Shown one piece after another: positions 27,225 to 37,699 of a stretch of 64,000 nucleotides of DNA (position 1 is its first letter; every line of letters starts with the position of its first letter). The notes beneath the pieces are model-generated. The model worked only from the letters and a program-made list of their open reading frames with translations, made no database searches and was not told where the DNA came from. This stretch comes from Desulfosudaceae bacterium (GTDB lineage: Bacteria > Desulfobacterota > Desulfobacteria > Desulfobacterales > Desulfosudaceae): the NCBI GenBank assembly GCA_963674745.2, contig CAXXDV010000001.1, forward strand, positions 320,001-384,000, given 5' to 3'. The translations under genes and the position numbers were made by a program.

Positions 27225-30200
27225 ATGAAAAAATACAAACCGCTGAAACTATTGATAGCCGGCACCGGCATTACGGTCGCCGTCTTGTTCGGCCTGCTTC
27301 TCGCCGGCATCATGCTGATCAATTCGGACGCGACCGGGCAATGGCTTGAAAGCCGGATCAACAGTCGTCTGAACGGTCATCTGACCATCGGCAAACACCG
27401 GTTGTCCCTGGCCGGGCAATACCTGGAGGTCACCGGGCTATGCCTGTCTTCAGCCGGAGACCGGCCGCTGATCAGCGTCGGACGGCTGATGGTGGGACGT
27501 CAGCCTGCCGCACCTCGTCAACCGCACCCTGAAAATAAACACCCTGCACCTGGAAGACATGACGGCCGACCTGGAAACCGGTCCCGAGGGCGAATTGAAC
27601 CTAATGTCCATCCTTCGCCGGGAAGAAAAGCCTCAACCGGATACCCATCCGCCGGACAGGCACTTTTCCGGCCTGTTTCTGCCCCGAACAGTTTCGGTGG
27701 ATTCCCTCCTGCTGACCAACCTTCATATCGCCCTTAAAACCGTCAAAGGAACGGTTGATTTGCGTTGCCCGGCCATGTCACTTTCCGGCAAAGCCGATCT
27801 GCAGGATCAGTCCGGACGGCTTAACGTTGACAGCAGAGACTGGCTGGTCACCACCCCGGACCTTTCCCTGCAGATAAACACCTTTACCGCCAAAGCCGCC
27901 TTTAGTGACGGTCAATTCGACCCACTGGTAGTTGAAGCAGACTCGTCCGCCGGCTCGGTAAAAATCACCGGCCGGATCCGGCAGGTCTTGATGGACCCGC
28001 AGGCCGATCTGTCCATGGAAAGCAGCCTTGACTTAGCTGGTGTCAAAAACCTGTTGGGGTTCAATCAACCCGTTTCCGGCAAGGCCGACCTCAAAGCAAC
28101 ACTCAAGGGTAATTTCAATGATCCCGTTTTACAGGCTGAACTGACAAGTCAACAGGCGTTTATCGGTCCTGTTTCACTTATCCTTGATATGGCCGGACAT
28201 CTTGAAGGCGGCGTCTTGCATCTTGACAGGCTGTCAACCCGGGCCGACGGCATCGACCTGAACGGCCGGGGCCAGTACGCCATGAAGACAGGTGATATCA
28301 GTGCCATCCTTGAAGTGACCGCGGAAAACATTCACCAAACCGCCGCCATTACCGGATTCAAGAACGTTTCCGGCCGTTTGGACATGACGGCCGAGGTGTC
28401 GGGAAAAATCACCGATCCGACCGCCGTCCTGGAAATTGATGCCAGTGATTTTGGCATTCCGTCCCTCACCCTTGATCAGATCAGCGGCCGGGCGGATCTG
28501 TCAGGCGGGCGCCTGGTTGTTCAACATCTGGATCTCGAGCGGCTGGATTCACACTGCCAGGTCACCGGAAGCATGCAGTTGATGGACGAAAAAACCGGAA
28601 AGTTTTCATCCGATCCGGCGGTTGATTTCACCATTACGCAAGGCACTGTCAACCTGGCGGACTTTAAACGTGACCAGTTAAAAGGCCGGGTAGCGATCCG
28701 GGGTCACATCAACGGCACGGCCCAAAATCCGACCGGGAACCTGTCCTTGTGGGCCGACGAACTTGAAACACCCGCCATGCGTGTACAACAGGTAGAAGTA
28801 GCAGCGGTGCTTTCCGATGATACTGTCGACATCACCTCTTTCACGGCCGGTTTTTCCGGCGGCCAACGCGTGATCGGTTCCGGCAATCTGTCCCTGAAAA
28901 AGAGAACCTATGATTTTAACCTTGAATCCTCGGGGATATCCCTTGCCCGGATCAAACCGATCCAGGCCGGGGGCCTTGTGGACGGGACCGCCCGGTTTGC
29001 CGTATCGGGCCGGGGCAACTGGTGGGAAATCCCTTCATTGGATGGCAGCCTGCGTCTCGATCGGCTGTTGTTTGCAGACAAGGCCTTGGACAATTTTGCG
29101 GTTGATGTCAGCTTCAACCATCACCTGATGGATATCCTTGTTCATGGTGACCCGGCAGCCAGGGGCACGGTGGACCTGACGGACATGCGCTTTTCGGCCC
29201 AATGCGAAATGGCGGAAACGGCACTGGCACCCTGGTTCGCCCTGGCCGACCGATCTGATCTGGGTGGACTGGTATCGGGCCGATTGAAAGCCGAGGGCAG
29301 CCTGACCGATATTACCGCCATGACCGCCTCAGCCGAAATCGAGCAGGTGGTCCTGTCTCACGATCGCCACGGCGAAGTCCGGACGCGCCCCTTTCGCCTG
29401 AATTATCAGGATGGGCTATTGCATGTTCCGAATATTCGTCTGGTCGTTGCTGAGACGGAAACCGTCGACATCAATGGCCGTATCGGCATTGACGGAACCA
29501 TGGATATGGCGATCAGCGGCGCAGTGCCTTTTGCCATACCCGCCATGTACATCCCTGAAGTCCTGAATCCCGACGGACAATTGCTGGTGGACGCCGCTGT
29601 TTCAGGGACAACCGTTAGCCCGATCGTGACCGGCGGGCTTTCGCTGTCCGACGTCGGTCTGCAGTTACCCCAGATGGCCAATAAACTTCATGATATCAAC
29701 GGCCGTATTGATCTTAAGCCGGGAGAAATCCAGATCACCGATCTTCATGGCGGCCTGGGGAAAGGCCGGTTCCGGATTTCAGGCAGCGCCGGTCTGGAAG
29801 GATATCTACCAAAGACCATGAACATCCGCCTGCAAGGCGATTCATTGCCGATCGTCGTACCGGATGTAATGGACCTGAAAGTGGATACCGACCTGACCCT
29901 CGTCAGAAACCCGGACCAGTCGCTTGTCCGGGGGGGTATCATCCTTCTTGACGGCGTATACTATAAAGACGCGAAAATTGCCGGATATACGGACGTCATC
30001 CTGTCCACGCTTGAGAAGAAAAGAGCTCTGCAGCCTGATGCCGAACAAGGATTGCCTTCGTTTATTACCGACATGGCCCTGGACATAACCGTCGGGTACC
30101 GTCATCCGCTCAAAATAGACAACAACATCGCCCAGCTGGCTGTTCAGCCGGATATAACCGTCAAGGGCAGCGCGGGCAATCCGGTCGTTCTGGGGGAGGC

Positions 30201-30792
30201 CAGGACCAATTCCGGTGAGGTCCAGTTTCAAGGCACCATTTTCCAGGTAGAAAGCGGCATCATCAGTTTTACCAATCCCTACAAAACAGAACCCCATATC
30301 AACATCACGGCCGTAACCACCGTCAAACAGTGGCAGATCCGCCTTGCGGCCACCGGCACTCCGGATCAGCTCGAGGTGTCGCTGACCTCCGATCCCCGGG
30401 AAGAGCAGGGAGACATTCTGTCCTTGCTGCTTTTCGGCAAACCTGCACGGGACATGAACACCGGCGCCTCTCAAAAACCGGCGGAGATTCTGGCGATCTT
30501 TTTAGCTGAAAAAGCGACGGATAACATTAAAAACATAACCGGACTGGATATCGTTGAAATTTCCGCCAATGGTGATACCGGCGAAGAAGAGGTCGCCCAG
30601 GGAAGAATCACCCTGGGCTCCAAGCTGTCTGACCGCCTGTCCTTCAAATACTCCGTCAAATCGGGGAAGGACGGGGTTGTCCAGGAAAACGCTTCGGAAT
30701 ACCGGTTAACGGAAAATACGACCGTGTCGGGTTTTCAGGACAACCAGGGCATTTTCGGAGGGAGGTTGATTTACAGGCTTGAATTCAGATAA
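27225..30792 (+). pseudogene. tamB: TamB (DUF490) translocation/assembly module protein interrupted by a 1-nt frameshift at ~27494-27496
   Basis: ORF 27225 supplies the TM anchor up to ...GRLMV. Removing one G of GGG gives ...VDVSLPHLVNRTLKINTLHLEDM, which joins ORF 27559..30792 with its DUF490-type C-terminus. Confidence 0.8.
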
Positions 30793-30802
30793 AGAGCTCA
30801 TA

Positions 30803-33631
30803 ATGTCGGAAAACATTACAACTCGGAATGCGCTGATAATCTGGGTATTGATGTTGTGGAGCCTTCTATGCTGCGTCTCCGCAATGGCCGATACTTCTTC
30901 CGTAAAGCAACCGCCGGACGTTGACCAGAGCCAGTTATCCGGCAGGCCGGTTTCGGGGCTGGATATCAATATTATCGGGCCGGAGAAAGGCACGTCCCGC
31001 TGGACCGATATAGCTGCAGCTTTAATCGACTTTTCCGAAGGAGATCCGTTTTCTCCAACCCGCCTGCAGCGATCCCTGGATCATTTAACGGCCTGCGGCT
31101 GTTTTGACGATATAAAGGCCCTCGCCGAACCGGAAAATGAATCCGTTGCTGTCCGGTTCGACTTAACCGTCAACCGTGTCATCCGTGAAATTGATATTCA
31201 AATCAAAGGACGAGATGGTATTTTTAAGAGTGATATTCTTGAAGCCATGTCCGTTTATCCGGGCCAGACCTTCTCCACCCGGAAGGCGGCCAGGCAGAAA
31301 GATATTATCACTGAGCTGCTCAACGCCCGGGGATTTTCCTCGCCGACAATCGAAATCGAAATCCGCGAGAACGATACGGATTATACGGTGCTGTTACGCG
31401 TGATAATATCACTCGGACCGCGTAAAATCATAAAAGCCATCAATGTTTCCGGAAACACGGTTTTTTCCGACCTGCGACTGAAAAGCCGATTGAAGACCTG
31501 GCGAAAATTTCTTTTTTCCGGCCGATCAACCCGACTGAATGAACGGATATTAAACCAGGATATCAAAGCACTGGCCGAGTTCTACTGGCGCAAAGGGTAC
31601 CCGGAAGCGACGGTCGACTATAGGCTGGAGATGAACGAGAAAGGCAACCGCGTTACTATCCTGCTCAACGTCCTGGAAGGCCCCCGATACAAATTCACGT
31701 TTTCCGGCAATGAACATTTCTCAGGCCGAACCCTCAAAAAAGAACTGACCTTTTTTTCAAAAGGTGACCAGAACGGCCTGGGAATCCGAAAAAGCGTGAA
31801 AAACATCAAAACCCGCTACCAGAATACCGGATATCTGAACCCGAACATAATCGTTGAAGAGAATGTCCGTCAAGCAGATGACGGGCCGGAAAAGGAACTT
31901 GTTTTCCGGGTGAATGAAGGCCGTCAAACCCTGGTTCGATCCGTCAAGATTATTGGCAATACCGGCCTTACCGATGAGCAGATACACGAACAGATGCTGA
32001 CACGGCCGCCATCCTGGATAAACAAGGGCGTTTATGCGCCACGTGTGATGGAAGCGGACATCCGCGCCATACGGCGGTTATATCGTGAGAAGGGCTTTTA
32101 TCATGCCCGAATAGAGGACGGCACAACCTTCAGTGATGACGGTTCCAGAGCAGATATCCTTATTGAAATTAACGAAGAGAATCAAGTATGGGTTTCATCG
32201 GTCCGTTTTGATGGTTTGACGTCTGTACCAGAAGCGCAGGCCCTGCGGATGCTGCGGCTGTCTCCGGGAGTGGTTTTTAAAGACGAAGTCGTGCAGCGGG
32301 ACCAGACCGAACTGGCCGCCCTGATTTCGGAAACCGGTCATCCCCATGTCCAGGTAAACTCGAGTGTAGCCATGTCTGACGACGGCAGGTCCGCGGATAT
32401 CGTTTACCACATAAACGAGGGGCCCGAAGTAAAAATGGGCCGGACGTTTGTGACCGGCAATCTTCGCACCCGGCCGGGCATCATAAAACAGGAAATGGAA
32501 CTGGCAAAAGAAGCGCCTTTCTCTCTGAAAAAACTGGTTAAAAGCCAGCAAAACCTGAGGTCTTTGCAGATATTCAAGTCGGTTGATTTTAAATCCGTAG
32601 GCCTGAAAGAAAAAGAAGACCGCGTCCACCTGTTTGTAGAAACATTAGAAAATAAGCCTTTTTTTATCGAACTTGATATTGGTTACAACTCAGAACAGGG
32701 CGGATGCGGGAAAGTAGCCCTGGGCGATCATAACCTGCTGGGCTTCAACCGGGACGGGTACTTCAGCGGGAAAATCAGTGAAACCGGTTATCGCGGCGAC
32801 CTGGGCGTTCGTTCTCCTCGTTTTCTGTTTCCCCAAACATCTTCAGTCTTTAACCTGCATATCGAAAAATCAGAAGCTTTCAACCAGGACTTCGGCGTCA
32901 GGACCCGGGGCGCCTCATTCGGCATCAACCGGCAGTGGCTACCGGCGTTATCCACCAGCATCGCGGCGGACACCGAAAAAAGGCGGCAGTACCCGCTCTC
33001 TTCGTCAGCGGCGGAAGATGAAATTTATGACAATCGCCAGACTGTTTCCCTGACGCCGGGTATTGTTTATAACACACGGGATAACAACATCATACCGACA
33101 AATGGCGTCATGGGCACATGTAATATAACCTTTTCCCGCGGCATCAACAACCAGCCGGATGATTTCATCAAATACCAGGGCTCGCTCCACTTCTACCACA
33201 CCCTTTTCGAACATATCACCCTTGCCGTAACCGGCAGGGCCGGATATATCGACCCTAAAAGCGCCTCAATCGCGGTTGCCGATGATCAGCTCTTCTTTTT
33301 GGGTGGCATATCTTCGGTGCGCGGATATCCCGAGAACCTGTTGCTGCGTGATGACAACGATGATCCGGTCGGCGGCCGCCGCTCTTTATCCGGGACCATT
33401 GAAGCCAGGATGCCGGTCAAAAACATTTTAAGCCTGGTCCTGTTTTATGATGCCGGCAAACTGGACCGCACCTACACACCGGCGGACACGGGAATCCGAT
33501 CTTCGGTGGGGCTGGGGCTGGGGTACCGGACACCGGTGGGGCCCTTGAGCCTTTATTACGGTTACAAACTCAACCGCAAACCCGGTGAAAGTTCCGGCCG
33601 GTTTCATTTTTCCATCGGCTATACGTTTTAG
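30803..33631 (+). CDS. Omp85-family outer membrane assembly protein (BamA/TamA-like) with multiple POTRA domains
   Basis: Signal peptide, repeated POTRA (GN..F/GY) units, FFLGG..SVRGY and C-terminal FHFSIGYTF. Confidence 0.9.
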   Translation: MSENITTRNALIIWVLMLWSLLCCVSAMADTSSVKQPPDVDQSQLSGRPVSGLDINIIGPEKGTSRWTDIAAALIDFSEGDPFSPTRLQRSLDHLTACGCFDDIKALAEPENESVAVRFDLTVNRVIREIDIQIKGRDGIFKSDILEAMSVYPGQTFSTRKAARQKDIITELLNARGFSSPTIEIEIRENDTDYTVLLRVIISLGPRKIIKAINVSGNTVFSDLRLKSRLKTWRKFLFSGRSTRLNERILNQDIKALAEFYWRKGYPEATVDYRLEMNEKGNRVTILLNVLEGPRYKFTFSGNEHFSGRTLKKELTFFSKGDQNGLGIRKSVKNIKTRYQNTGYLNPNIIVEENVRQADDGPEKELVFRVNEGRQTLVRSVKIIGNTGLTDEQIHEQMLTRPPSWINKGVYAPRVMEADIRAIRRLYREKGFYHARIEDGTTFSDDGSRADILIEINEENQVWVSSVRFDGLTSVPEAQALRMLRLSPGVVFKDEVVQRDQTELAALISETGHPHVQVNSSVAMSDDGRSADIVYHINEGPEVKMGRTFVTGNLRTRPGIIKQEMELAKEAPFSLKKLVKSQQNLRSLQIFKSVDFKSVGLKEKEDRVHLFVETLENKPFFIELDIGYNSEQGGCGKVALGDHNLLGFNRDGYFSGKISETGYRGDLGVRSPRFLFPQTSSVFNLHIEKSEAFNQDFGVRTRGASFGINRQWLPALSTSIAADTEKRRQYPLSSSAAEDEIYDNRQTVSLTPGIVYNTRDNNIIPTNGVMGTCNITFSRGINNQPDDFIKYQGSLHFYHTLFEHITLAVTGRAGYIDPKSASIAVADDQLFFLGGISSVRGYPENLLLRDDNDDPVGGRRSLSGTIEARMPVKNILSLVLFYDAGKLDRTYTPADTGIRSSVGLGLGYRTPVGPLSLYYGYKLNRKPGESSGRFHFSIGYTF

Positions 33632-33667
33632 AGGGTTCAAGGGGCCCATCGAATCCTTGAATCCTTC
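33632..33667. repeat. Short hairpin built from the GGTTCAAG 8-mer family right after the Omp85 gene stop
   Basis: agggttcaagg...ccttgaatcct. Confidence 0.55.
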
Positions 33668-33802
33668 AGAAGAGCCAGTCAACTATTGAATTATGAGATC
33701 GTTTCTCATATAATAAATAGGATAATGCTTTTAACCCGCTTAAACGGTTACCACTTCTTTTCTGTAACGATTTCAGATTGATAAAAATAAAATGGAGGTT
33801 GC

Positions 33803-35155
33803 ATGGAGCACAAAGACGTCGTTAAAAAAGTAACTGAAATGCTGGTCAACGGTGACATCACCCCCTGGAATGCCGAAGAGGCGGCCGCGGAACAGGGGCT
33901 GGCCGTTCCGGAAAACATTACCGCCGGAGTCGAGGCGCGTCGGGCGTTTGTGGCGCATAAAACCGGGCATGAACTGCATCACCTGGTCATGCCGGAAAAG
34001 CCTTACCATGTCGCCTACCGCTGCCCCAAAGACAATACCCTGTGGACCCTGGCTGAAGGAGATATCTATACCAAGTGCACCCTTTGCGGGTCCGACCTGA
34101 AAATCCTGCCGGAAGACGAACGCCACAAACCCCTGGTCAACAGCTATATCGGCGGCGTGGAAGATTACTGCAGCTATTCCGGCCAGGTCTCTGTCAGCGG
34201 CGATGTGGAAAAAACCTTTCAAATCCTGCTGTGCTGGGGGCCGGGCGTGGGACACATGGGCATCGGCTCGGGCTGTTACAAGCTGAACAAATTCGGCCCC
34301 CTGGAAATCAAAGTCTCGGACTGGGGCATGGCCTGCCGTAACCTGGCTTTTGTGTTTGATGCGGAGACCGACCGTGAAAAGGCCCGCAACCTGATCCAGC
34401 AGAATCTGGACAACATTATCCCCAAAATCACCGAAAAGCATCTGGCCGACTGGAATGGCGAGATTGATTATGTGGATTTCTTATACAAACAGCACCATGC
34501 CGATCGTATCCTGCACTGCTGTTTTTATTCCCGGTTTGACAATCACCGGGGCCACGGCCAGACCTCCCATGCCACTGGTATGGCCAAACTTTTGATCGAT
34601 GACCTGTTCAAACAGAACAACATCCCCTGCCGGCTTTCAGTGGTCGGTATGGGACGGGACGGTGATCTCAAACCATCTCCCAGAAACCGGCGCGGCCGTT
34701 ATGTATCGGCCCAGCAGACTATTCCCGTGGCTGAATACGAAAAAATCATCGGCCGTCCCATCGAGGACTTTTTTTCCTATATTCACCTGGATCAACAAGG
34801 CGTGACCGAAGAAACCGGCTGGCCGGCCTATACCGGTATGGGCGGTGAAATCATTCCGGCCTTTTACCGGACCATGCGCTGCAATCCCCGGCCCTACATG
34901 GTGCCGAGTTTCCAGAAAGTATACGCCAGGATCGTCGGCAATGACCTGGTTTTCGGCGTGGAACTACCCAACGTTGAGGTTGGTATCACCTCCAGTCCGG
35001 AAGGCATTATTCCGCCAATCTCAAGAGAGATCCTGAAAATGTGGGGTATCGGCACAGCCAAGGAATTTGCCGCCGCTGCCGCGGCCATTACCCTGGGCGG
35101 TGAATTCAATTTTGCCACCCTGCACGTTCAGGAACGGATGTATACCGGAAAATAA
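33803..35155 (+). CDS. Divergent class I HMG-CoA reductase-fold protein lacking catalytic motifs, with Zn-ribbon-like insertion; function unknown
   Basis: GGAGG RBS. Collinear similarity by eye to archaeal HMGR: EARRAFV..KTG, DLKPSPRN.RGRYVSA..TIP, DLVFGVELPNVEVG, FAAAAAAITLGGE. Confidence 0.65.
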   Translation: MEHKDVVKKVTEMLVNGDITPWNAEEAAAEQGLAVPENITAGVEARRAFVAHKTGHELHHLVMPEKPYHVAYRCPKDNTLWTLAEGDIYTKCTLCGSDLKILPEDERHKPLVNSYIGGVEDYCSYSGQVSVSGDVEKTFQILLCWGPGVGHMGIGSGCYKLNKFGPLEIKVSDWGMACRNLAFVFDAETDREKARNLIQQNLDNIIPKITEKHLADWNGEIDYVDFLYKQHHADRILHCCFYSRFDNHRGHGQTSHATGMAKLLIDDLFKQNNIPCRLSVVGMGRDGDLKPSPRNRRGRYVSAQQTIPVAEYEKIIGRPIEDFFSYIHLDQQGVTEETGWPAYTGMGGEIIPAFYRTMRCNPRPYMVPSFQKVYARIVGNDLVFGVELPNVEVGITSSPEGIIPPISREILKMWGIGTAKEFAAAAAAITLGGEFNFATLHVQERMYTGK

Positions 35156-35156
35156 A

Positions 35157-35870
35157 TTGTCCAGAATTATACCCATCCAAACGGCCACCCGGGTCGGGGA
35201 CATCACGATTCCCGGCCGGTATTGCCTGCCGCAGGGGACCGGGCCGTTTCCGTCGGTCATTGTTATGCACGGCAGTGACGGCTATAAGTTCAATCATTTG
35301 AAGATTGCCGAAAAACTGGCCGGCCAGGGTCTGGCGGCCTTTGTGCCGACATGGTTCGGCTACCATGAAACCCGGTCCCACTGGGATCACCTGCAACCGG
35401 AAGACATCCCGGCCACGATAGCCGACTTTCAACAACGCGCAAACGTGGACAAACATCGAACGGCCTTTCTGGGCGTCAGCCGGGGCGGCGGGTTGGCCCT
35501 GTATTATGGATCGCAGACCCCGGACACAAAAGCCATTGTCAACTACTTCGGCCTGACAGCCTGGGAAGGGGGGCTGGCCGAGTTGCCCCACCTGCCCCTG
35601 AACCCCGAAGACCACCTGGATTTTGTGCGGGATATTACCTGCCCCATCATCTCTTTTCACGGAGATGCCGACGATGTCGTACCCGTGACCAACACCTACC
35701 TGCTGGACAAAGTTTGCCGCCGATACGGTGTTACTCACGAATTCGTTATTTATCCCGGCATCAACCATTCGTTTATCTGGGATGACAGTGACAATGAAAA
35801 GTATGATCGAAATGCCCATAGGGATTCATGGGAAAGGGCCATAGGGTTTCTGAAGCAACAACTGTTTTAG
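35157..35870 (+). CDS. Dienelactone hydrolase-family alpha/beta hydrolase
   Basis: VIVMHG, GVSRGG, HGDADDVVP and YPGINHSF. Likely TTG start 2 nt after the upstream stop. Confidence 0.85.
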   Translation: MSRIIPIQTATRVGDITIPGRYCLPQGTGPFPSVIVMHGSDGYKFNHLKIAEKLAGQGLAAFVPTWFGYHETRSHWDHLQPEDIPATIADFQQRANVDKHRTAFLGVSRGGGLALYYGSQTPDTKAIVNYFGLTAWEGGLAELPHLPLNPEDHLDFVRDITCPIISFHGDADDVVPVTNTYLLDKVCRRYGVTHEFVIYPGINHSFIWDDSDNEKYDRNAHRDSWERAIGFLKQQLF

Positions 35871-35965
35871 GTTCGGGGTTCAGGGTTCGAGGTTCGGGGT
35901 TCAGGGCCATGGTGATTATATTGGACCTATGCCCTAAAACTTAACCACATAACCACATAATCACC
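35870..35965. repeat. GGTTCRR 7-mer array (5 units) followed by TAACCACA 8-mer units
   Basis: ggttcgg ggttcag ggttcga ggttcgg ggttcag; ttaaccacataaccacataatcac. Confidence 0.75.
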
Positions 35966-36041
35966 AAGACCTAAATCCCTGTTTTCCGGTACCGGGAACC
36001 ATCTACTTCCTCTGTTATTTGCTGTTATTTGTGTTATTTAC

Positions 36042-36070
36042 TTGACTTCTGTTCTGACACGCTATAGCGT
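36042..36070 (+). promoter_or_regulatory. Candidate sigma-70 promoter of the DEAD-box helicase gene
   Basis: TTGACT-17 nt-TAGCGT, preceded by three TGTTATTT direct repeats. Confidence 0.45.
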
Positions 36071-36111
36071 TGCATCAACAATTGGTGTTCCTGGTAGTAA
36101 TTAACCTGCGT

Positions 36112-36141
36112 AAGCCCCGGAATGACTCCGGGGCTTTTTTT
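36112..36141 (+). terminator. Intrinsic terminator in the putative 5' leader of the helicase gene
   Basis: AAGCCCCGGA-ATGAC-TCCGGGGCTT followed by a T-run. Confidence 0.75.
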
Positions 36142-36166
36142 ATTGGGACACAGAAAGAGGTACATA

Positions 36167-37405
36167 GTGAACTTTGAAGTATTTAATTTCCATCCTGCTG
36201 TCGCGGCAGGCGTCTTAAAGGCCGGTTACGTGACACCGACCCCGATTCAGGCCGAAGCGATTCCACCGATCATGAAACAAAAGGACGTCATGGGACGGGC
36301 CCAGACCGGCACCGGCAAAACAGCCGCTTTTGTTCTGCCGATTCTTCACCAGCTGATCAAACACCCACAAACCAAGTATCAGAAAAATGCCCCACAGGCA
36401 CTGATCATGGCCCCCACCCGTGAACTGGCCGAACAGATTCATCAGGCCATCAAAGACCTGGGGTGCAAAACCCGTATTAAAAGCGTCGCCGTTTACGGCG
36501 GTGTCAACATCAACCCGCAAATCCAGAAACTGAAACAGGCGAATATCGTCGTTGCCTGTCCCGGCCGGCTGCTGGATCACATTAATCGACGGACCGTTAA
36601 CCTTTCCCGGCTGCAGGTGCTGGTTCTTGATGAGGCCGACATGATGCTGGACATGGGCTTTCTGCCGGATGTCAGAAGGGTGCTGTCAGGCCTGCCCGAA
36701 AAACGCCAGACCATGCTTTTCTCAGCCACCATACCCGCCGAAATACGAAAGCTGTCCCGGGAAATCCTGCAGGATCCCGTTACCGTCCAAATCGGCACGA
36801 CCGCACCGGCAGAAACGGTCAAACATGCGCTCTACCCGGTGTCCCGGCATTTGAAAACAGCGCTTTTACTGGACATATTAAAGACCACCCCGACCCGATC
36901 GGTCCTGGTTTTCACCCGCACCAAATACAGCGCTCAAAAGCTTGAGAAAAAACTGGCCGGCGCCGGTTACCGGTCGACCTCTCTCCAGGGGAATCTTTCC
37001 CAGGTAAAACGCCAGGCCGCCCTGGACGGTTTCCGCAAAGGAAGGTTTCAAATCCTGGTTGCCACCGATATTGCCGCCCGGGGAATTGATGTTACCCGGG
37101 TATCCCATGTCATTAACTATGATATGCCGTCGACACCGGAAGCATACATTCACCGCATCGGCCGGACCGGTCGGGCAGACCGTGACGGGGAAGCGTTTAC
37201 CCTGGTCACCGGCGAAGACAGAGACATGGTCAAGGCCATCAATCGCGTCATCGGCACAAAAATTGAACAGCGGACCCAGGAAGCTTTTAATTACAAGACT
37301 CCGGCAGCGGCTGGTAACGGCAGCCCGGTCCGTCGGGCCAAACCCTTTCGCCAATTTCCCAAAAGACGTAAAACGACCGACAGGCAATGTGCGGCTGCAT
37401 GTTAG
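36167..37405 (+). CDS. DEAD-box RNA helicase (RhlE-like)
   Basis: PTPIQ, AQTGTGKT, PTRELA, DEAD, SAT and HRIGRTGR; GTG start after AAGAGG. Confidence 0.93.
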   Translation: MNFEVFNFHPAVAAGVLKAGYVTPTPIQAEAIPPIMKQKDVMGRAQTGTGKTAAFVLPILHQLIKHPQTKYQKNAPQALIMAPTRELAEQIHQAIKDLGCKTRIKSVAVYGGVNINPQIQKLKQANIVVACPGRLLDHINRRTVNLSRLQVLVLDEADMMLDMGFLPDVRRVLSGLPEKRQTMLFSATIPAEIRKLSREILQDPVTVQIGTTAPAETVKHALYPVSRHLKTALLLDILKTTPTRSVLVFTRTKYSAQKLEKKLAGAGYRSTSLQGNLSQVKRQAALDGFRKGRFQILVATDIAARGIDVTRVSHVINYDMPSTPEAYIHRIGRTGRADRDGEAFTLVTGEDRDMVKAINRVIGTKIEQRTQEAFNYKTPAAAGNGSPVRRAKPFRQFPKRRKTTDRQCAAAC

Positions 37406-37435
37406 CCCGAATATTTCATGAGATTTTTTGATTCG

Positions 37436-37620
37436 GGCGAGCCGATTTCACACCGAGCCCCTGGCTCCACCTGCTTTGTTGCAGCATGTTCGCGAATGTT
37501 GTAGGGGCGGCCCCCTGTGGCCGCCCGATTAAAGGGCACCCACAGGGGGGTGCCCCTACATAAATCGCATGCTGCGCCTCGCATGTGCAGCCAGGGGCTG
37601 GGGGCAAACTCGACTCGTGA
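37436..37620. repeat. REP doublet (GTAGGGGC...GCCCCTAC) nested in a longer palindrome (REPIN-like)
   Basis: TGTAGGGGCGGCCCCCTGTGGCCGCCC..GGGCACCCACAGGGGGGTGCCCCTACA, flanked by GCAGCATG/CATGCTGC and AGCCCCTGGCT/AGCCAGGGGCT. Confidence 0.8.
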
Positions 37621-37699
37621 AATAATCGGGTTAGCCTGATCATTTGACCGACATGGGCGCGCCCTGCTATATTCTAAAAAAAACAGCGGAGGTGCGTCA

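Noticed and set aside
33803..35155. Calling this gene hmgA (functional HMG-CoA reductase)
   Set aside because: Catalytic Glu, Lys, Asp, His and the NADPH-binding motifs are all replaced, and no mevalonate genes are nearby.
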